From Octopus vulgaris (lineage: Eukaryota): a stretch of 64,000 nucleotides of DNA. Shown here piece by piece: positions 1-13,569 of this stretch (position 1 is the first letter of the stretch; each line of letters begins with the position of its first letter). The position numbers and the translations under genes were made by a program. The DNA is taken from positions 114,638,001 to 114,702,000 of the forward strand of contig OX597822.1 in assembly GCA_951406725.2 (NCBI GenBank), written 5' to 3'. The notes beneath the pieces were generated by a model. That model was not told the origin of the DNA. It saw nothing but the letters and a program-made list of their open reading frames with translations, and ran no database searches.

Positions 1-1420
1 AACCCTAAACCTAACCCTAACCCTAACCCTAAACATAAGCCAAACACTAAACCTAACCCTAAAACTAAACCAAACCCTAAATATAACCCTAAACCGAAAC
101 CTAACCCTACCCCTAACACTAAACCTAACCTTGACCTAAACCTTAAACCTAACACTAAACCTAACCCTAACACTAACCCTTACAATAAAAATAACCCTGA
201 ACCTAACACAAACCCTACAACTAAACCTAAACCTAACGCTAACCCTGAACCGAAAACTAACCCAACCCTTAAAACTAACCCTAAAACTAACCCGAACCCA
301 ACCCTTAAAACTAACCCTAAAACTAACCCTAACCCTACCCATAACCCTAACTCTAAACCTAACACTAAACCTAACCCTAACCATAAACATAACCCTAAAA
401 CTAACTCTGATCATAAACCCACTCTAAAACTGACAATAACCATAAACCTAAAGCTAAACCTAACCCTAACCCAAACTGTAAACCTAACCCTAATCATAAC
501 ACAAAAACCTATCCCTAACACTAACCCTAAACCTAACCCTAAAACTAACCCTAAACCTAAACCTAACACTAACCCTAAACCTAACCCTAATCCAAAACAT
601 TAAACCTATCCTAAAACTAACCCTAACACCAACCCTAACCTAAAAGCAACCCTAAACATAACCCTAACCCTAAAACTGACCCTAAACCTAGCACTAACCC
701 TAAACCTAACCCTAGCCCCAACCCTAAACCTGACCCAAACCAAAACCTTAAACCTAACCCTAACCCCTAACCCTAACCCTAACCCTAACCCTAACCCCTA
801 ACCCTAACCCTAATCCCTAACCCTAACCCTAACCTTAACAGTAACACTAAACCTAACCCTTAACCCTAACCCAAACCCTAACCCTAATCCAAACCCTAAC
901 CCTAAACCTTAACCCTAAACCCTAACACAAACTCAAACCCTAAACAAACCCTAAACCTAACCCCAACCCTAACCCTAACCCTAACCCTAAACCCTTACCC
1001 TAACTGATAACCCTTAACCCCTAACTCCAATCCTAAACTCTAACCATAACCCCAACTCTAACCCAAACTTTAACCCCAACCTAACCCCAACCCCAACCCT
1101 AACTCCTAACCCTAACCCCAACCCTAGCCATAACCTTAGCTCTAACCCTAGCCCTAACCCAAACCACTAACCCCTTAACCCTAACGGTAATCCCTAAACC
1201 CTAACCATAACCCAAACCCTCTAACCCTAAACCCGATACTCTAACCCTAAATCTCTAATGCTAATCATCACCCTAAACCCGTAACCCTACTCCTAGCCCT
1301 AAACCCTAACCCTAACACCTAGCCCCTAACCTAACCCTAAACCTAACCCTATGCCTAAGCCTAACCCTAACAGTAAACCTAACTCTAAACCGATCCTCAA
1401 CCCTAACACTAACCCTAACA
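1..1420. repeat. Telomeric (CCCTAA)n tract, degenerate; chromosome end lies to the left
   Basis: Continuous CCCTAA units with many ACCTAA/CACTAA/AACTAA variants; cleanest at ~760-830. Confidence 0.95.
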
Positions 1421-4400
1421 CTGCCGAAAGAGATCAAAGAGGAAATCTAAGAGGGTCGCGAAAAAGATCAAACAAACTGCCGAAACAGATGAAAGTGGGT
1501 GCCGAAAGAGATTGAAGAACGTTCCGAAAGAGATCAAAGAGGGTGCCGAAAGAGATCAAAGAGGAGACCCGAAAGAGATCAACGAGGGTGCCGAAAGAGA
1601 TCAAAGGGGGTGCCGAAAGAGATCAAAGAGGGTGCCGAAAGACATCACAGGTGAGTCCTGAAAGAGATAAAAGAGTGTGCCGAAAGAGATCAAAGAGGGT
1701 GCCGAAAGACATCAAAGGGGAGTCCCGAAAGTGATCAACGAGGGTGCCGAAAGTGATCAAAGAGGAGTCCCGAAAGAGTTCAAAGTGGGTGCCGAAAGAG
1801 ATCAAAGAGGGTGCCGAAAGACATCAAAGAGAGTGCCGAAAGAGAGCAAAGAGGAGTCACGAAAGAGTTCAAAGTGGAGTCCCGAAAGAGATCAAAGAGG
1901 GTGCCGAAACAGATCAAAGAGGAGTCCCGAAAGAGATCAAAGTGGGTGCCGAAAGAGATCAAAGAGGGTGCCGAAAGAGATCAAAGAGGGTGCCGAAAGA
2001 CATCAAAGGGGAGTCCTGAAAGAGATCAAAGAGGAGTCACGAAAGAGATCAATAGGAGTCCCGAAAGAGATCAAAGAGGGTGCCGAAAGAGATCAAAGAG
2101 GGTGCCGAAAGACATCAAAGAGAGTGCCGAAAGAGAGCAAAGAGGAGTCACGAAAGAGATCAATAGGAGTCCCGAAAGACATCAAAGAGAGTGCCGAAAG
2201 AGATCAAAGAGGGTGCCGAAAGACATCAAAGAGAGTGCCGAAAGAGTTCAAAGTGGGTGCCGAAACAGATCAAAGAGGGTGCCGAAAGACATCAAAGAGA
2301 GTGCTGAAAGAGAGCAAAGAGGAGACACGAATGAGATCAAAGAGGAGTCCCGAAAGAGTTCAAAGTGGGTGCCGAAAGAGATCAAAGAGGGTGCCGAAAG
2401 ACATCAAAGAGAGTGCCGAAAGAGATCAAAGAGGGTGCCGAAAGACATCAAAGAGAGTGCCGAAAGAGAGCAAAGAAGAGTCAGGAAAGATATCAAAGTG
2501 GGTGCCGAAACAGATCAAAGAGGGTGCCGAAAGACATCAAAGAGAGTGCCGAAAGAGAGCAAAGAGGAGTCCCGAAAGAGATCAAAGAGGGTGCCGAAAG
2601 CGATCAAAATGGGTGCCGAAACAGATCAAAGAGGGTGCCGAAAGAGATCAAAGAGGGTGCCGAAAGACATCAAAGAGAGTGCCGAAAGAGATCAAAGAGG
2701 GTGCCTAAAGACATCAAAGAGAGTGCCGAAAGAGGACAAAGAGGAATCACGAAAGTGATCAAAGATGAGTCCCGAAAGAGTTCAAAGTGGGTGCCGAAAG
2801 AGATCAAAGAGGGTGCCGAAAGACATCAAAGGGGAGTCCTGAAAGAGATCAAAGAGGAGTCACGAAAGAGATCAAAGAGGAGTCCCGAAAGAGATCAAAG
2901 AGGGTGCCGAAAGAGATCAAAGAGGGTGCCGAAAGACATCAAAGAGAGTGCCGAAAGAGAGCAAAGAGAAGTCCCGAAAGAGATCAAAGTGGAGTACCGA
3001 AAGAGATCAAAGAGAGTGCCGAAACAGATCAAAGAGGGTGCCGAAAGACATCAAAGGGGAGTCCTGAAAGAGATCAAAGAGGAGTCACGAAAGAGATCAA
3101 AGAGGAGTCCCGAAACAGATCAAAGAGGGTGCCGAAAGAGATCAAAGAGGGTGCCGAAAGAGATCAAAGAGGGTGCCGAAAGACATCAAAGGGGAGTCCT
3201 GAAAGAGATCAAAGAGTGTGCCGAAAGAGATCAAAGAGGGTGCCGAAAGACATCAAAGGGGAGTCCCGAAAGTGATCAACGAGGGTGCCGAAAGTGATCA
3301 AAGAGGAGTCCCGAAATAGTTCATAGTGGGTGCCGAAAGAGATCAAAGAGGGTGCCGAAAGACATCAAAGAGAGTGCCGAAATAGAGCAAAGAGTAGTCA
3401 CGAAAGAGTTCAAAGTGGAGTCCCGAAAGAGATCAAAGAGGGTGCCGAAACAGATCAAAGAGGAGTCCCGAAAGAGATCAAAGTGGGTGCCGAAAGAGAT
3501 CAAAGAGGTGCCGAAAGAGATCAAAGAGGGTGCCGAAAGACATCAAAGGGGAGTCCTGAAAGAGATCAAAGAGGAGTCACGAAAGAGATCAATAGGAGTC
3601 CCGAAAGAGATCAAAGAGGGTGCCGAAAGAGATCAAAGAGGGTGCCGAAAGACATCAAAGGGGAGTCCTGAAAGAGATCAAAGAGGAGTCACGAAAGAGA
3701 TCAAAGAGGAGTCCCGAAAGAGATCAAAGAGGGTGCCGAAAGAGATCAAAGAGGGTGCAGAAAGAGAGCAAAGAGGAGTCACGAAAGAGATCAATAGGAG
3801 TCCCGAAAGACATCAAAGAGAGTGCCGAAAGAGATCAAAGAGAGTGCCGAAAGAGAGCAAAGAGGAGTCACGAAAGTGATCAAAGAGGAGTCCCGAAAGA
3901 GTTCAAAGTGGGTGCCGAAAGAGATCAAAGGGGGTGCCGAAAGGCATCAAAGAGAGTGCCGAAAGAGAGCAAAGTGGAGTCACGAAAGAGATCAAAGAGG
4001 AGTCCCGAAAGAGATCAAAGAGGGTGCCGAAAGAGATCAAAGGGAATGCCGAAAGAGATCAAAGAGGAGACCCGAAAGAGATCAACGAGGAGTCCCAGAA
4101 GAGATCAAAGAGGAGTCACGAAAAAGATCAAAGAGTGTGCCGAAAGGATCAAAGAGGGTGCCGAAAGAGATCAAAGAGGGTGCCGAAAGAGATCAAAGAG
4201 GAGTCAGGAAAGAGATCAAAGAGTGTGCCAAAAGAGATCAAAGAGGGTGCCGAAAGAGATCAAAGAGGGTGCCGAAAGAGATCAAAGAGAGTGCCGAAAG
4301 ACATCAAAGAGTGCCGAAAGAGAGCAAAGAGGAGTCACGAAACAGATGAAAGAGGAGTCCCGAAAGAGATCAAAGGGGAGTCCCGAAAGACATCAAAGTA

Positions 4401-5527
4401 GGTGCCGAAAGAGATCAAAGAGGAGTCCCGAAAGTGATCAAAGATGTGTCCCGAAAGAGATCAAAGTGGTGTCCCGAAAGACATCAAAGGGGAGTCCCGA
4501 AAGAGATCAAAGAGGAGACCCGAAAGAGATCAAAGTGGGTGCGAAAGAGATCAAAGGGGGTGCCGAAAGAGAGCAAAGAGGAGTCACGAAAGTGATCAAA
4601 GAGGAGTCCCGAAAAAGATCAAAGGGGTGTCCCGAAAGACATCAAAGGGGAGTCCCGAAAGTGATCAAAGAGGGTGCCGAAAGAGAGCAAAGAGGAGTCA
4701 CGAAAGAGATCAAAGTGGGTTCGAAAGAGATCAAAGAGGAGTCCCGAAAGTGATCAAAGAGGAGTCCCGAAAAAGATCAAAGGGGTGTCCCGAAAGACAT
4801 CAAAGGGGAGTCCCGAAAGTGATCAAAGAGGGTGCCGAAAGAGATCAAAGAGGGTGCTGAAAGACATCAAAGAGAAGTCACGAAAGAGATCAAAATAGGT
4901 GCCGAAAAAGATCAAAGCGGGTGCCGTAAGTGATCAAAGAGGAGTCCCGAAAGTGATCAAAGTGGAGTCCCGAAACAGATCAAAGAGGAGTCAGGAAAGT
5001 GATCAAAGTGGAGTCCCAAAACAGATCAAAGTGGGTGCCGAAAGAGATCAAAGAGGGTGCCGAAAGAGATCAAAGAGGAGTCCCGAAATTGATCAAAGAG
5101 GAGACCCGAAAGAGATCAGAGAGGGTCCCGAAAGAGATCAAAGAGGAGTCCCGAAAGAGATCAAAGAGGGCGCCGAAAGAGATCAAAGAGGGTGCCGAAA
5201 GAGATCAAAGAGGAGTCCCGAAAGTGATCAAAGAGGGTGCCGAAAGAGATCAAGGAGAGTCCCGAAAGTGATCAAAGGAGAGTCCCGAAAGAGATCAAAG
5301 CGGAGTCCCGAAAGTGATCAAAGAGGCGTCCCGAAAGAGATCAATGGGGAGTCCCGAAAGTGATCAAAATGGGTGTCGAAAGAGATCAAAGAGGCTCCCA
5401 AAAGAGATCAAAGAGGGTGCGAAAGAAATCAAAGATCGTGCCGAAAGAGATCAGAGGTGTTCCAAAAAAGATCAAAGAGCGTGCCGAAAGAGATCAAAGA
5501 GGGAGCCGAAAGAGATCAAAGAGGGTC
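1421..5527. repeat. Subtelomeric satellite with mixed 22-bp and 23-bp units
   Basis: Units CCGAAAGAGATCAAAGAGGGTG (22 bp) and CCGAAAGAGATCAAAGAGGAGTC (23 bp) with diagnostic variants (GACATC, GAGAGC, GTGATC, GAGTTC). Confidence 0.97.
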
Positions 5528-5625
5528 CCTAAACCTAACCCTAACCCCTACCCAAACCCATAACCCTTACCCTAACCCAAACCCTAAACCTAACCCTAAA
5601 CCCTAGCACTTAAACCTAACCCCTT
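5528..5625. repeat. Internal degenerate telomeric tract
   Basis: ccctaaacctaaccctaacccctacccaaacc..., same orientation as the terminal tract. Confidence 0.9.
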
Positions 5626-5796
5626 ACTACATACTGAAGGGAGATATCTACAAAACTCAAAAGGAAGACGTGACACAACTACAAAATCCTTTCCTTAATT
5701 ATAATTAGTTTATGACTATTACTAAATTATGACAAGGGAAGTAAGTCTAGAAAGGCAAGGGAAGTAACCTTAGGAAGGGAGATAACTACAAAATCT

Positions 5797-8187
5797 TATT
5801 ATTATTATTATTCCATGTTTGACTTTTGCTTTATATTTGTACAAGTTGGCTCCAAGTCTCACCCAGAGACCTCAAGAGACAACAGGTTGGAAGTTCATGT
5901 TGTTGTTATGCCTAGTGTGCCATATATTTGGTGGGGGGAGTTTTTGGTGTTGTACTAATGAATGTCTAAAAAAAAACATTTTTTTTTTTAAACCGAAAAT
6001 TATGTTTGTTTTAAACCTTGAGATTACATAGAAAGTATTTTGCGTAGGATATGAGCAGTTCCCATGAGCACTATCTTTTGAATTTTTGCCATTTTTGGGT
6101 TTCCTGGTATCTGAGTTAGGTAGCTATCAGCCTCTTTTGCTATCATTCCCAGGGCACCTATGACAACAGGTATTGTTTTAGTCTTCAGGTTCCACATTTT
6201 GCTGATTTCTATTTCAAGATCTTTATATTTGCTCAGTTTTTGGTAGGTTTTGACAGATACGTTTATATCGATTGGGACAGTCATATCAATGAGGAGGCAT
6301 GTTCTTTGTTTGAAGTCTTTCAATATGATGTCTGGCCTATTTGCATCTATCTTTCTGTCAGTTTGAATGGTGAAGTTCCAGAGGAGTGAGATGTGGTCAT
6401 TTTCAAGCACTGGGGGTGGTTTGTGTTCCCACCAGTTTTTTTCATGGGGCAAATCCAGGTTTTTGCAGATTACCCAGTGAATATATTGTGCAGCTCTATC
6501 GTGTCTGTTGAGATACTCTGTAGGCGCTAGAAAACTGCACTTGGAGACCACATGGTCAATGGTTTCATTTTGTTGCTGGCATACACGACACGTTGGACTG
6601 CTTCTGATCTTTTATATGTTGGCCTGGTAGTTTCTTGTTGGTAGGCATTGATCTTGAGCTGCTATGATAAACCCCTCTGTTTCAGATTTTAAGCCAGAGG
6701 CCATTAGCCATTGATGGGTCAGGACTTTGTCAACATCTGCATTATTTGCTCTCTTTGGGTATTTGCCATAGAGAGGTTTTTCTTGCCATTTATTATTCAG
6801 AATATCTAAGGCCGCAGTTTTGGCACGGGTTTTCATGCGCTTAGCTTTTTCTGTGTCTGTTTCTTGTATGTCTATCTCTAATTCCGAAATTTGTTGTATT
6901 CGGAATTCACTTAGACATTCCTTTGCCTGTTTTGTTACTGAGTATGATGCTTTCTTGTTTTCATGTTTTGAGACAAGTTTTAACATCCAGTCCTCAGAGT
7001 TGTTCAGGTAGGTGTCTAGGCCAATTGTAGCAATCTTCATTGTTATTGCCAGTTGTAAAAGTCCACGGCCTCCCTCTTTTCTTGGCAGATAAATTCGTTC
7101 TGTATCTGCCTTAGGGTGGTGCATTCTATGCATTGTCAACAGTTTTCTTATTTTTCTGTCACGATTACATATTTCAGTAATTGACCAGTTAACGATATTG
7201 AAACTGTAAGTCACAACTGGTATGGCTAATGCATTGATCGCTTCGATCCTGTTTCTCGCATTCAGCTCTGTCTTGAGTATTGCTCTTACTCTGAGATAAC
7301 ATTCTCTCCTGATCCTTTCCTTCATCTCTGAATGCCTTATTCCTTCTCCTTCGATTACCCCTAGATACTTGTAGTTCTCTGCTGGGTCTAATTCTTTTAT
7401 GACATTCTGCTGGTCAAGGTTAACGTTAGATGTTTCTATCATTTTTCCTTTGATAAAGGTAGCTTTTGCACACGTATCGAGGCCAAATTGCATTCTGATG
7501 TCATCACTGAATTGTTTGACAATCGCTAGTAAGCCCTTGAGTTGTTGGTCATTTTTTGCAAAGAGCTTTAAATCATCCATGTAAATGAGATGATTTATAT
7601 TTTTATCAAACAATTTATACCCGTACTGCGCGTCATTGAGCAGTTTTGAGAGAGGTATTAAGGCTAAACAAAAGAGGAGTGGTGATAGTGAGTCGCCCTG
7701 GAAAATGCCACATGAAATTTTTACATCACCAGCATTTAGAGATTCATTGTCACTGTTCAAAGTTAGTGTGGTTCTCCATGATCTCATACTTACAGACAAA
7801 AAGTTTCGCAGAGCAGGTGCTATCTTATACATTTCCAGGCATTTCCTAATCCAGCTATGTGGTAGGCTATCAAAAGCCTTTTTATAGTCTATCCAGGCTA
7901 TTGATAAGTTTTTGTGTCGTTTGTGACAATCTTCTAAGATCATCTTATTGATGAGTAGTTGGTCTTTACAACCGTAGGATCCACGTTTACCTCCTTTCTG
8001 TTCATTAGGGAATATGCTGCTGTCTGTCAAAAAACTATAGGTATATTCCGTCAGGACAGATGTTAGTATTTTATACATAGTTTTTAAGCAGGTTATGGGT
8101 CTATAGTTTTTTGGTTCATTTGTTTCTTCACTTTTTGGAAGCAGGAATGTTAACCCATTAACTAGCCAAGGGGGCATCCTACTAGGG

Positions 8188-8190
<3 letters not shown>
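5797..8190 (-). mobile_element. R4/Dong-clade non-LTR retrotransposon (RT + CCHC + RLE), 5' truncated, one in-frame stop
   Basis: ORFs 6612-8177 and 6024-6551 share a frame. Motifs QGDSLSP, YMDD, YKYLG, CRVC-x8-H-x4-C, RHD, RPDI..D, KLSKY. (TTA)n on both sides (5797-5812, 8190-8250). Confidence 0.93.
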
Positions 8191-8251
<61 letters not shown>

Positions 8252-8429
8252 TTATTTATTTATTTTAAAATCTGCATATTTGCTACAATCACTTGCTGAG
8301 ACACACCCAGCATCCTAGGGCAAGTGAAGGATGAGAGATGTTACAGTATAACTGAAAGATTGGGGAGGGGAAGTGGCAGGGGCAGTAGCAAAATATCTTC
8401 ATGTAATACAACACAGATGTTTAAATTGA

Positions 8430-9680
8430 TAGGGTTTTTCTAAGGAGGTGAGCAGTACTTGTCAGTATAATCTTTTGGATTTCTCTGAGATGTGGTTCTC
8501 CTGGGATATTATCTTGATGTTTCTGAAATCCTTTTTTTATTGTACCTAAGGCACCCACAATAACAGGAACAGTTCTTGCTCAAGATGCCACATTAATCTA
8601 CAAGTATTTTTCTTTCCTATCTTTAATGACTATGTCTGGTAAAGTAGCCTAGATTCTTCTGTCAGTGTTGACTGGAAAATCCCAGAGGATAGGGACATTT
8701 TTACCTCCAACAACTGGCTCAGGATGCTGATCATGCCAGTAAGCAGGAGTGTTGATTTTGTTGTATTTACATATTTTCCAATGTAAATACTGTCCTGCCC
8801 TATCGTGGGGATTTTTGTATTTGTTTGGTGTCAGTACAGGCTTTGCCGAGATGAGATATTTTGTCAAATGTGTCACAGAATCTGAATTTAGGGTCAGAAC
8901 TGTTTTGAAGAATGTTAGCCTGGTAGTTTTTGGCAAGCAAGCTTTGATCTTCTGCTACTAATAAGAAAGCTTCAGTCTCTGTTTTCAGTCCTGAGTTTCT
9001 CAGCCACTTGTGGATTGTTGCTTGGTCTACATCAGCATTTTGGCTTTGAAGTAATATACTGTTCATGAAGAGGCTTCTGGTTCCACCACTCCTCAATTTA
9101 TTTCTGCCTGTTCTCTTTTGCAGTCTGCTTGATGCATTTGTGGCAGTGGTTTCAAGTTCTTCATCTAATTCAGGATTAATGCTGAGTTCCCTTGTGAATT
9201 TCCAAGCTTCCTTGACATTGGAATCTGATCTTTTGCTGCTTTCATGTTTGCACACAAGCTGCAACATCCAGTCCTCTGTACTTGATAAGTACCTGTTCAT
9301 TGCTCTTGTGGAGTTTTCTAGCACAATTCAACCTGCATCATTCCTCTTCCCCCATTTAGTCTAGGTAGGTACAGATAATCAGCATCTGCTTTTGGGTGGT
9401 GCCATGTCCTTAGATGTTAGTAGTTTTCTTGTCTTCCTGTTCATACATTAAAATTCCAGTTAATGATGCTAAGTCTATATTTGACTACTGGAAGTGCCAG
9501 GCTGTTAATGGCTTCATTGCAATTTTTGGAGTTGAGTTCAGTTTTTAGTATGAGTCTTATTCTCCTGTAATATTCCTTTCTTATTTTTTCCTTCATGGTA
9601 GCATGTTGTATAACATCTCCTTCGTTTATCCCAGCTATTTATAGCTTTCTTGTGAATCAAGCTCCTTGATGGTAGTGTCA
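8430..9680 (-). mobile_element. Degraded R4/Dong-like LINE fragment
   Basis: Fragmented frames with EDWMLQLVCKHE, WLRNSGLKTETEAFL, HDRAGQYLHW, ILWDF. Confidence 0.85.
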
Positions 9681-9893
9681 CGCCTCATCTAATTGTTTGC
9701 CTTTCCTCACTACTTTAACCTTCATCTTTAGGCAAGCTGTGACATTGAGTCACCTACAGAGGAGAATCTGAGCAGTAAGAGACTGACTCAACCACTATGA
9801 AATATATTAGTAATCTCTACTATGGTGTTGAATACTCTTTTTCTGCCAGTCAACACTAAACAAATATCTATCTATCTATCTATCTATCTGCAT

Positions 9894-9950
<57 letters not shown>

Positions 9951-10257
9951 AGCAAATCTAATTGTATGCATATTTTGTTCTGTAATGAAATATTAAATTT
10001 TCGTTTCTAACCAATATTCTGAAATATACTGGTAATATTGATTCAGTTTTCTTTATTACTCTTTCGCAGACATGATGGATGCCAAATTATTACTGGAAAC
10101 TCCCTGAAGTCTATACAACAAAAGGAAATAAATAAACATATTGATAACTGTAAATCAGATAGTGAATTGCAAAATATTTCTTTAAATGACACCAAATAAA
10201 AAATATTTGTCACAGATATTACATTAAATTCAAATACATACATACCCATACACACAC

Positions 10258-10600
<343 letters not shown>

Positions 10601-10639
10601 ATATGCATCCATTCATGCATGTATGCAGACACAGGCAAG

Positions 10640-11530
10640 TCTGTATGGTGAACAAATTCACTCCAAAGCTACAAGGTTTCAGTGACTTCCATGAGGCAGT
10701 GTGCCGAGTGACATCACTGTGTCTACTTCACATATTGTCAAATTTGCGTTGCTTTGATCATGTCTATGCTATGGTCAGCGATTTTGTCATGGACAGGGAC
10801 AAAGAGCCAACAGGAAATTTGGGAAGTCTGCTGCAGAGACATTCAGCATGCTTACGGTGATGAAGCAATGGGTCATACACAAGTGGTATGAGCACTTCAA
10901 AAGCAGAAAAACTTCCCTAGAAGGCGATAATTTATCTTCTAGAAGACCTGCCATGTGTGTCACCCCTGGAAATGTGGAGAAAGTTCATCATCTTGTGCTT
11001 GAGGATCGTTGGAGTACAATCAATGACATTGGTGATGTTGATGGTCAGTCATGTGTGTCCGAGCAGGCAATCCTAATGTCCGGATTCTTCATGACAACAA
11101 TGCACCCTGTCACTGAGCTCGCTTCACGCATGAGCTTCTCACCAAAAGCAACATGCTATCACTTACACACTCACCCTATTTGCAACATTTAGCACATGTG
11201 GACTTCCATCTCTTTCTTTTCCTAGAGGAAAATACAGCTCAAAGATTGCTGTTTTAACACTGCTATTAAGATCAAGGTCCTTGACTCACTTATGGTCTTT
11301 GGCTCACTTTTGGCCCTTGGCTCACTTATGGTCTTTGGCTCACTTTTGGTCCTTGGCTCACTTATAGCAAATGACTTCCAAACCAGATTCCAAACATGGC
11401 ACCAATGCTGGGACCTGGGTATTACTGCATTACGTGACTATTTCAAAGGAGATGATGTTAAATATTTGGTAGATAATTCATTTTTTATTAAACATAACTA
11501 GTCTGAGAACTTTTTGATACTACCTTGTAT
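10640..11530 (+). mobile_element. Degraded mariner transposon with internal deletion
   Basis: KWYEHFKSRKTSLEGD..RP..VEKVHHLVLEDR (HTH region), remnant HDNNAPCH and SPYL..D motifs, TIR-like end gaactttttgatactaccttgta. Confidence 0.75.
11276..11365. repeat. Minisatellite, 5 x 18 bp
   Basis: ggtcYttggctcacttWt x5, with alternating -ttat/-tttt ends. Confidence 0.9.
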
Positions 11531-11613
11531 ATGCTGTAAAGTCTCAAAGAATGGTAATGCTGTTACTTTCAACTCCTGGTTTGGGCTAGTTTTCATATCA
11601 GCTTCTGACATAT

Positions 11614-12390
11614 TCAGCACAGGCTTTTGCAGAAAGTCCAGTGAATGTATTGGCCAACTCTGTCATGTCTAGGTTTATTTTCAGTTGAAGTGAGGGTTAA
11701 GCATCCAGATAGCATATGATCAATTGTTTCATCATGAGCATCAGAACCTCTGCACTTGGGGTTTGCTCCATTTTTGAAGATGTTAGCTTCTGTGTGTATT
11801 TCACTCTGGTTCTGTACAGCAACAATGAATCCCTCTGTTTCTGCCTTCACCTCTGAACTCTGCAGCCACTGATGGGTTTTTGGTTGGTCTACATCAGCTC
11901 CTGGATGTGGAGATGGTATTGGCCATGGAGAAGAGGTTTTTGCTTTCATCCTATACACTTTGGCTGCCTTTGTTGGAATTAGATTATCATTAGTATCTTC
12001 TATATCTGTAATGTGTATATCTGCTCCATATTTCTCAGCTTTTTTGTTTATAGAATGGAACTTCTAGGCTCCTTGGCCTTTCACCAATATCATCATCCAA
12101 TCACTGATCTTACTTAAGTATTTTTGCAGAACATTTCTGCTTTATATGCGACTTCTAGTTGGCTCATCCCTCTTCTGCCTCATTTCCCTGGTAGCTGGAG
12201 GTAGTTTATATCCACCTTTGGATAATGCTTTTTATTTATAGTTTACGTCCATTCTTTGCAGCCCAGCAAGGTTCCAGTTGATGGCATTGAAGCAATATTC
12301 TATCAACAGGTAGCTTCTATGCAGTTCTTTGTATTTCTCCTTTCAAATCTTCCCCTTCATTTGTCTGTACTGAATACCTTTACCTTGTGA
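11614..12390 (-). mobile_element. Degraded R4/Dong-like LINE fragment
   Basis: HQWLQSSEVKAETEGFIVA...ETIDHMLSGC...RHDRVGQYIHW. Confidence 0.85.
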
Positions 12391-13569
12391 ATATCATCTT
12401 TTTTTGTTGCTGTTGTTGTTGTTAGGGCAGTAAGCTTGAAGGATTGACCATTGAAAAACTATTTTGTGCTATTTTTTCAGGCTTTTTACATTCTCATCAG
12501 GTTCAATAAAATAAAATACTAGCGCTGGGTTGATACAACCAACCACCATTCTTCCCTCCAATTAGCTGGCCTACCACCTAAATCAGAAATAATAATTATT
12601 GTTGTTGTTGCTGTTACCTTGTACTAGTTATAGTGTGTGTCAAAATATATTTCAGTTATTAGACATTAATACCAACGATGTAACATGACATCAAATTTCA
12701 TTTCCATTTATTTCCTTAAATATTTCTTTTGTTGTTTGTAAAGTGTTTTTAAATAATAATATCATTTGTCTTAAGATTTTTTTTATCTCCATCTCATTGG
12801 TGAGATGCTAAAATAAAGAAAGCTCTTTCTATGATCAGTATTCTTGGATGGTGACCAAGATATTGAAAAGAATGTTCAGTAACTCATGATACTCTAATGT
12901 TACCATCTGTGTATAGTTGCCTTAACTTGTCTGAAAGATCAACTTCCATGACCTAACTGCTCAAATCAACTGTAAGATTCTTTGCCATCTTCTTCTTATC
13001 ACCAAAAAGTTTTACTTAAATTGATGATCTATTTTCATACTCACACATTTTTCTATGATTGATGAGGTTAGTGCAGCCAGCTCATTGGAGAGCGTATTGG
13101 TCACTCAATTATATCTCAAATGAAGCATGCACTTTCCACTCTGCTGGATTCATTTCCTATTCAAATGCACTTGCTGGCAACCATATTGAATGCTTGAATG
13201 TTGTTTAGTATCATTTCTTGTTCTTTTAATGCTGCAAAGTTTCTAATAGAAATATTTCTTGCAGTCTACCAAGTAATTATTTGTTCCACTCCATCTAATA
13301 TTTTATGCATTTAGTAAGAAAATATTCATTGATTTATTTGCTTTTTTTCCAATTCATTTCATTTTAATTCAAAGTCGTGGATGATATTCTTCAAAAATAT
13401 TGAAAAATTTGGCAGAGTTTACACTGAAATATTACTCTGGATTTCGATAATGCAGAATAGGAATTTTGTCCTTAAATTCTCAGAAGGAAATTGGAAAAAG
13501 TTACCTCCCCTTCATTCCCCCTTTTTTTGTTTTCTTTCTTATTTTAACCCATGAACTCCTAACTCCTAC

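Noticed and set aside
136-414. VR/LG-repeat ORFs
   Set aside because: These are translations of telomeric repeats.
1421-5527. CRISPR-like array
   Set aside because: Units are head-to-tail with no unique spacers, the context is eukaryotic, and there are no cas genes.
1543-5606. Long K/E/R-rich ORFs (up to 377 aa) in all three + frames
   Set aside because: They are a by-product of a T-poor 22/23-bp satellite. The same peptides appear in every frame and the starts are mostly GTG, not ATG.
6024-8177. Telomere-specific retrotransposon (SART/TRAS-like) or telomerase
   Set aside because: It has an RLE rather than an APE domain, is flanked by TTA rather than TTAGGG, and related copies occur away from the telomere.
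12650-13500. AT-rich unique-looking stretch, possibly a decayed transposase or exon
   Set aside because: I found no open frame or recognisable motif by eye.
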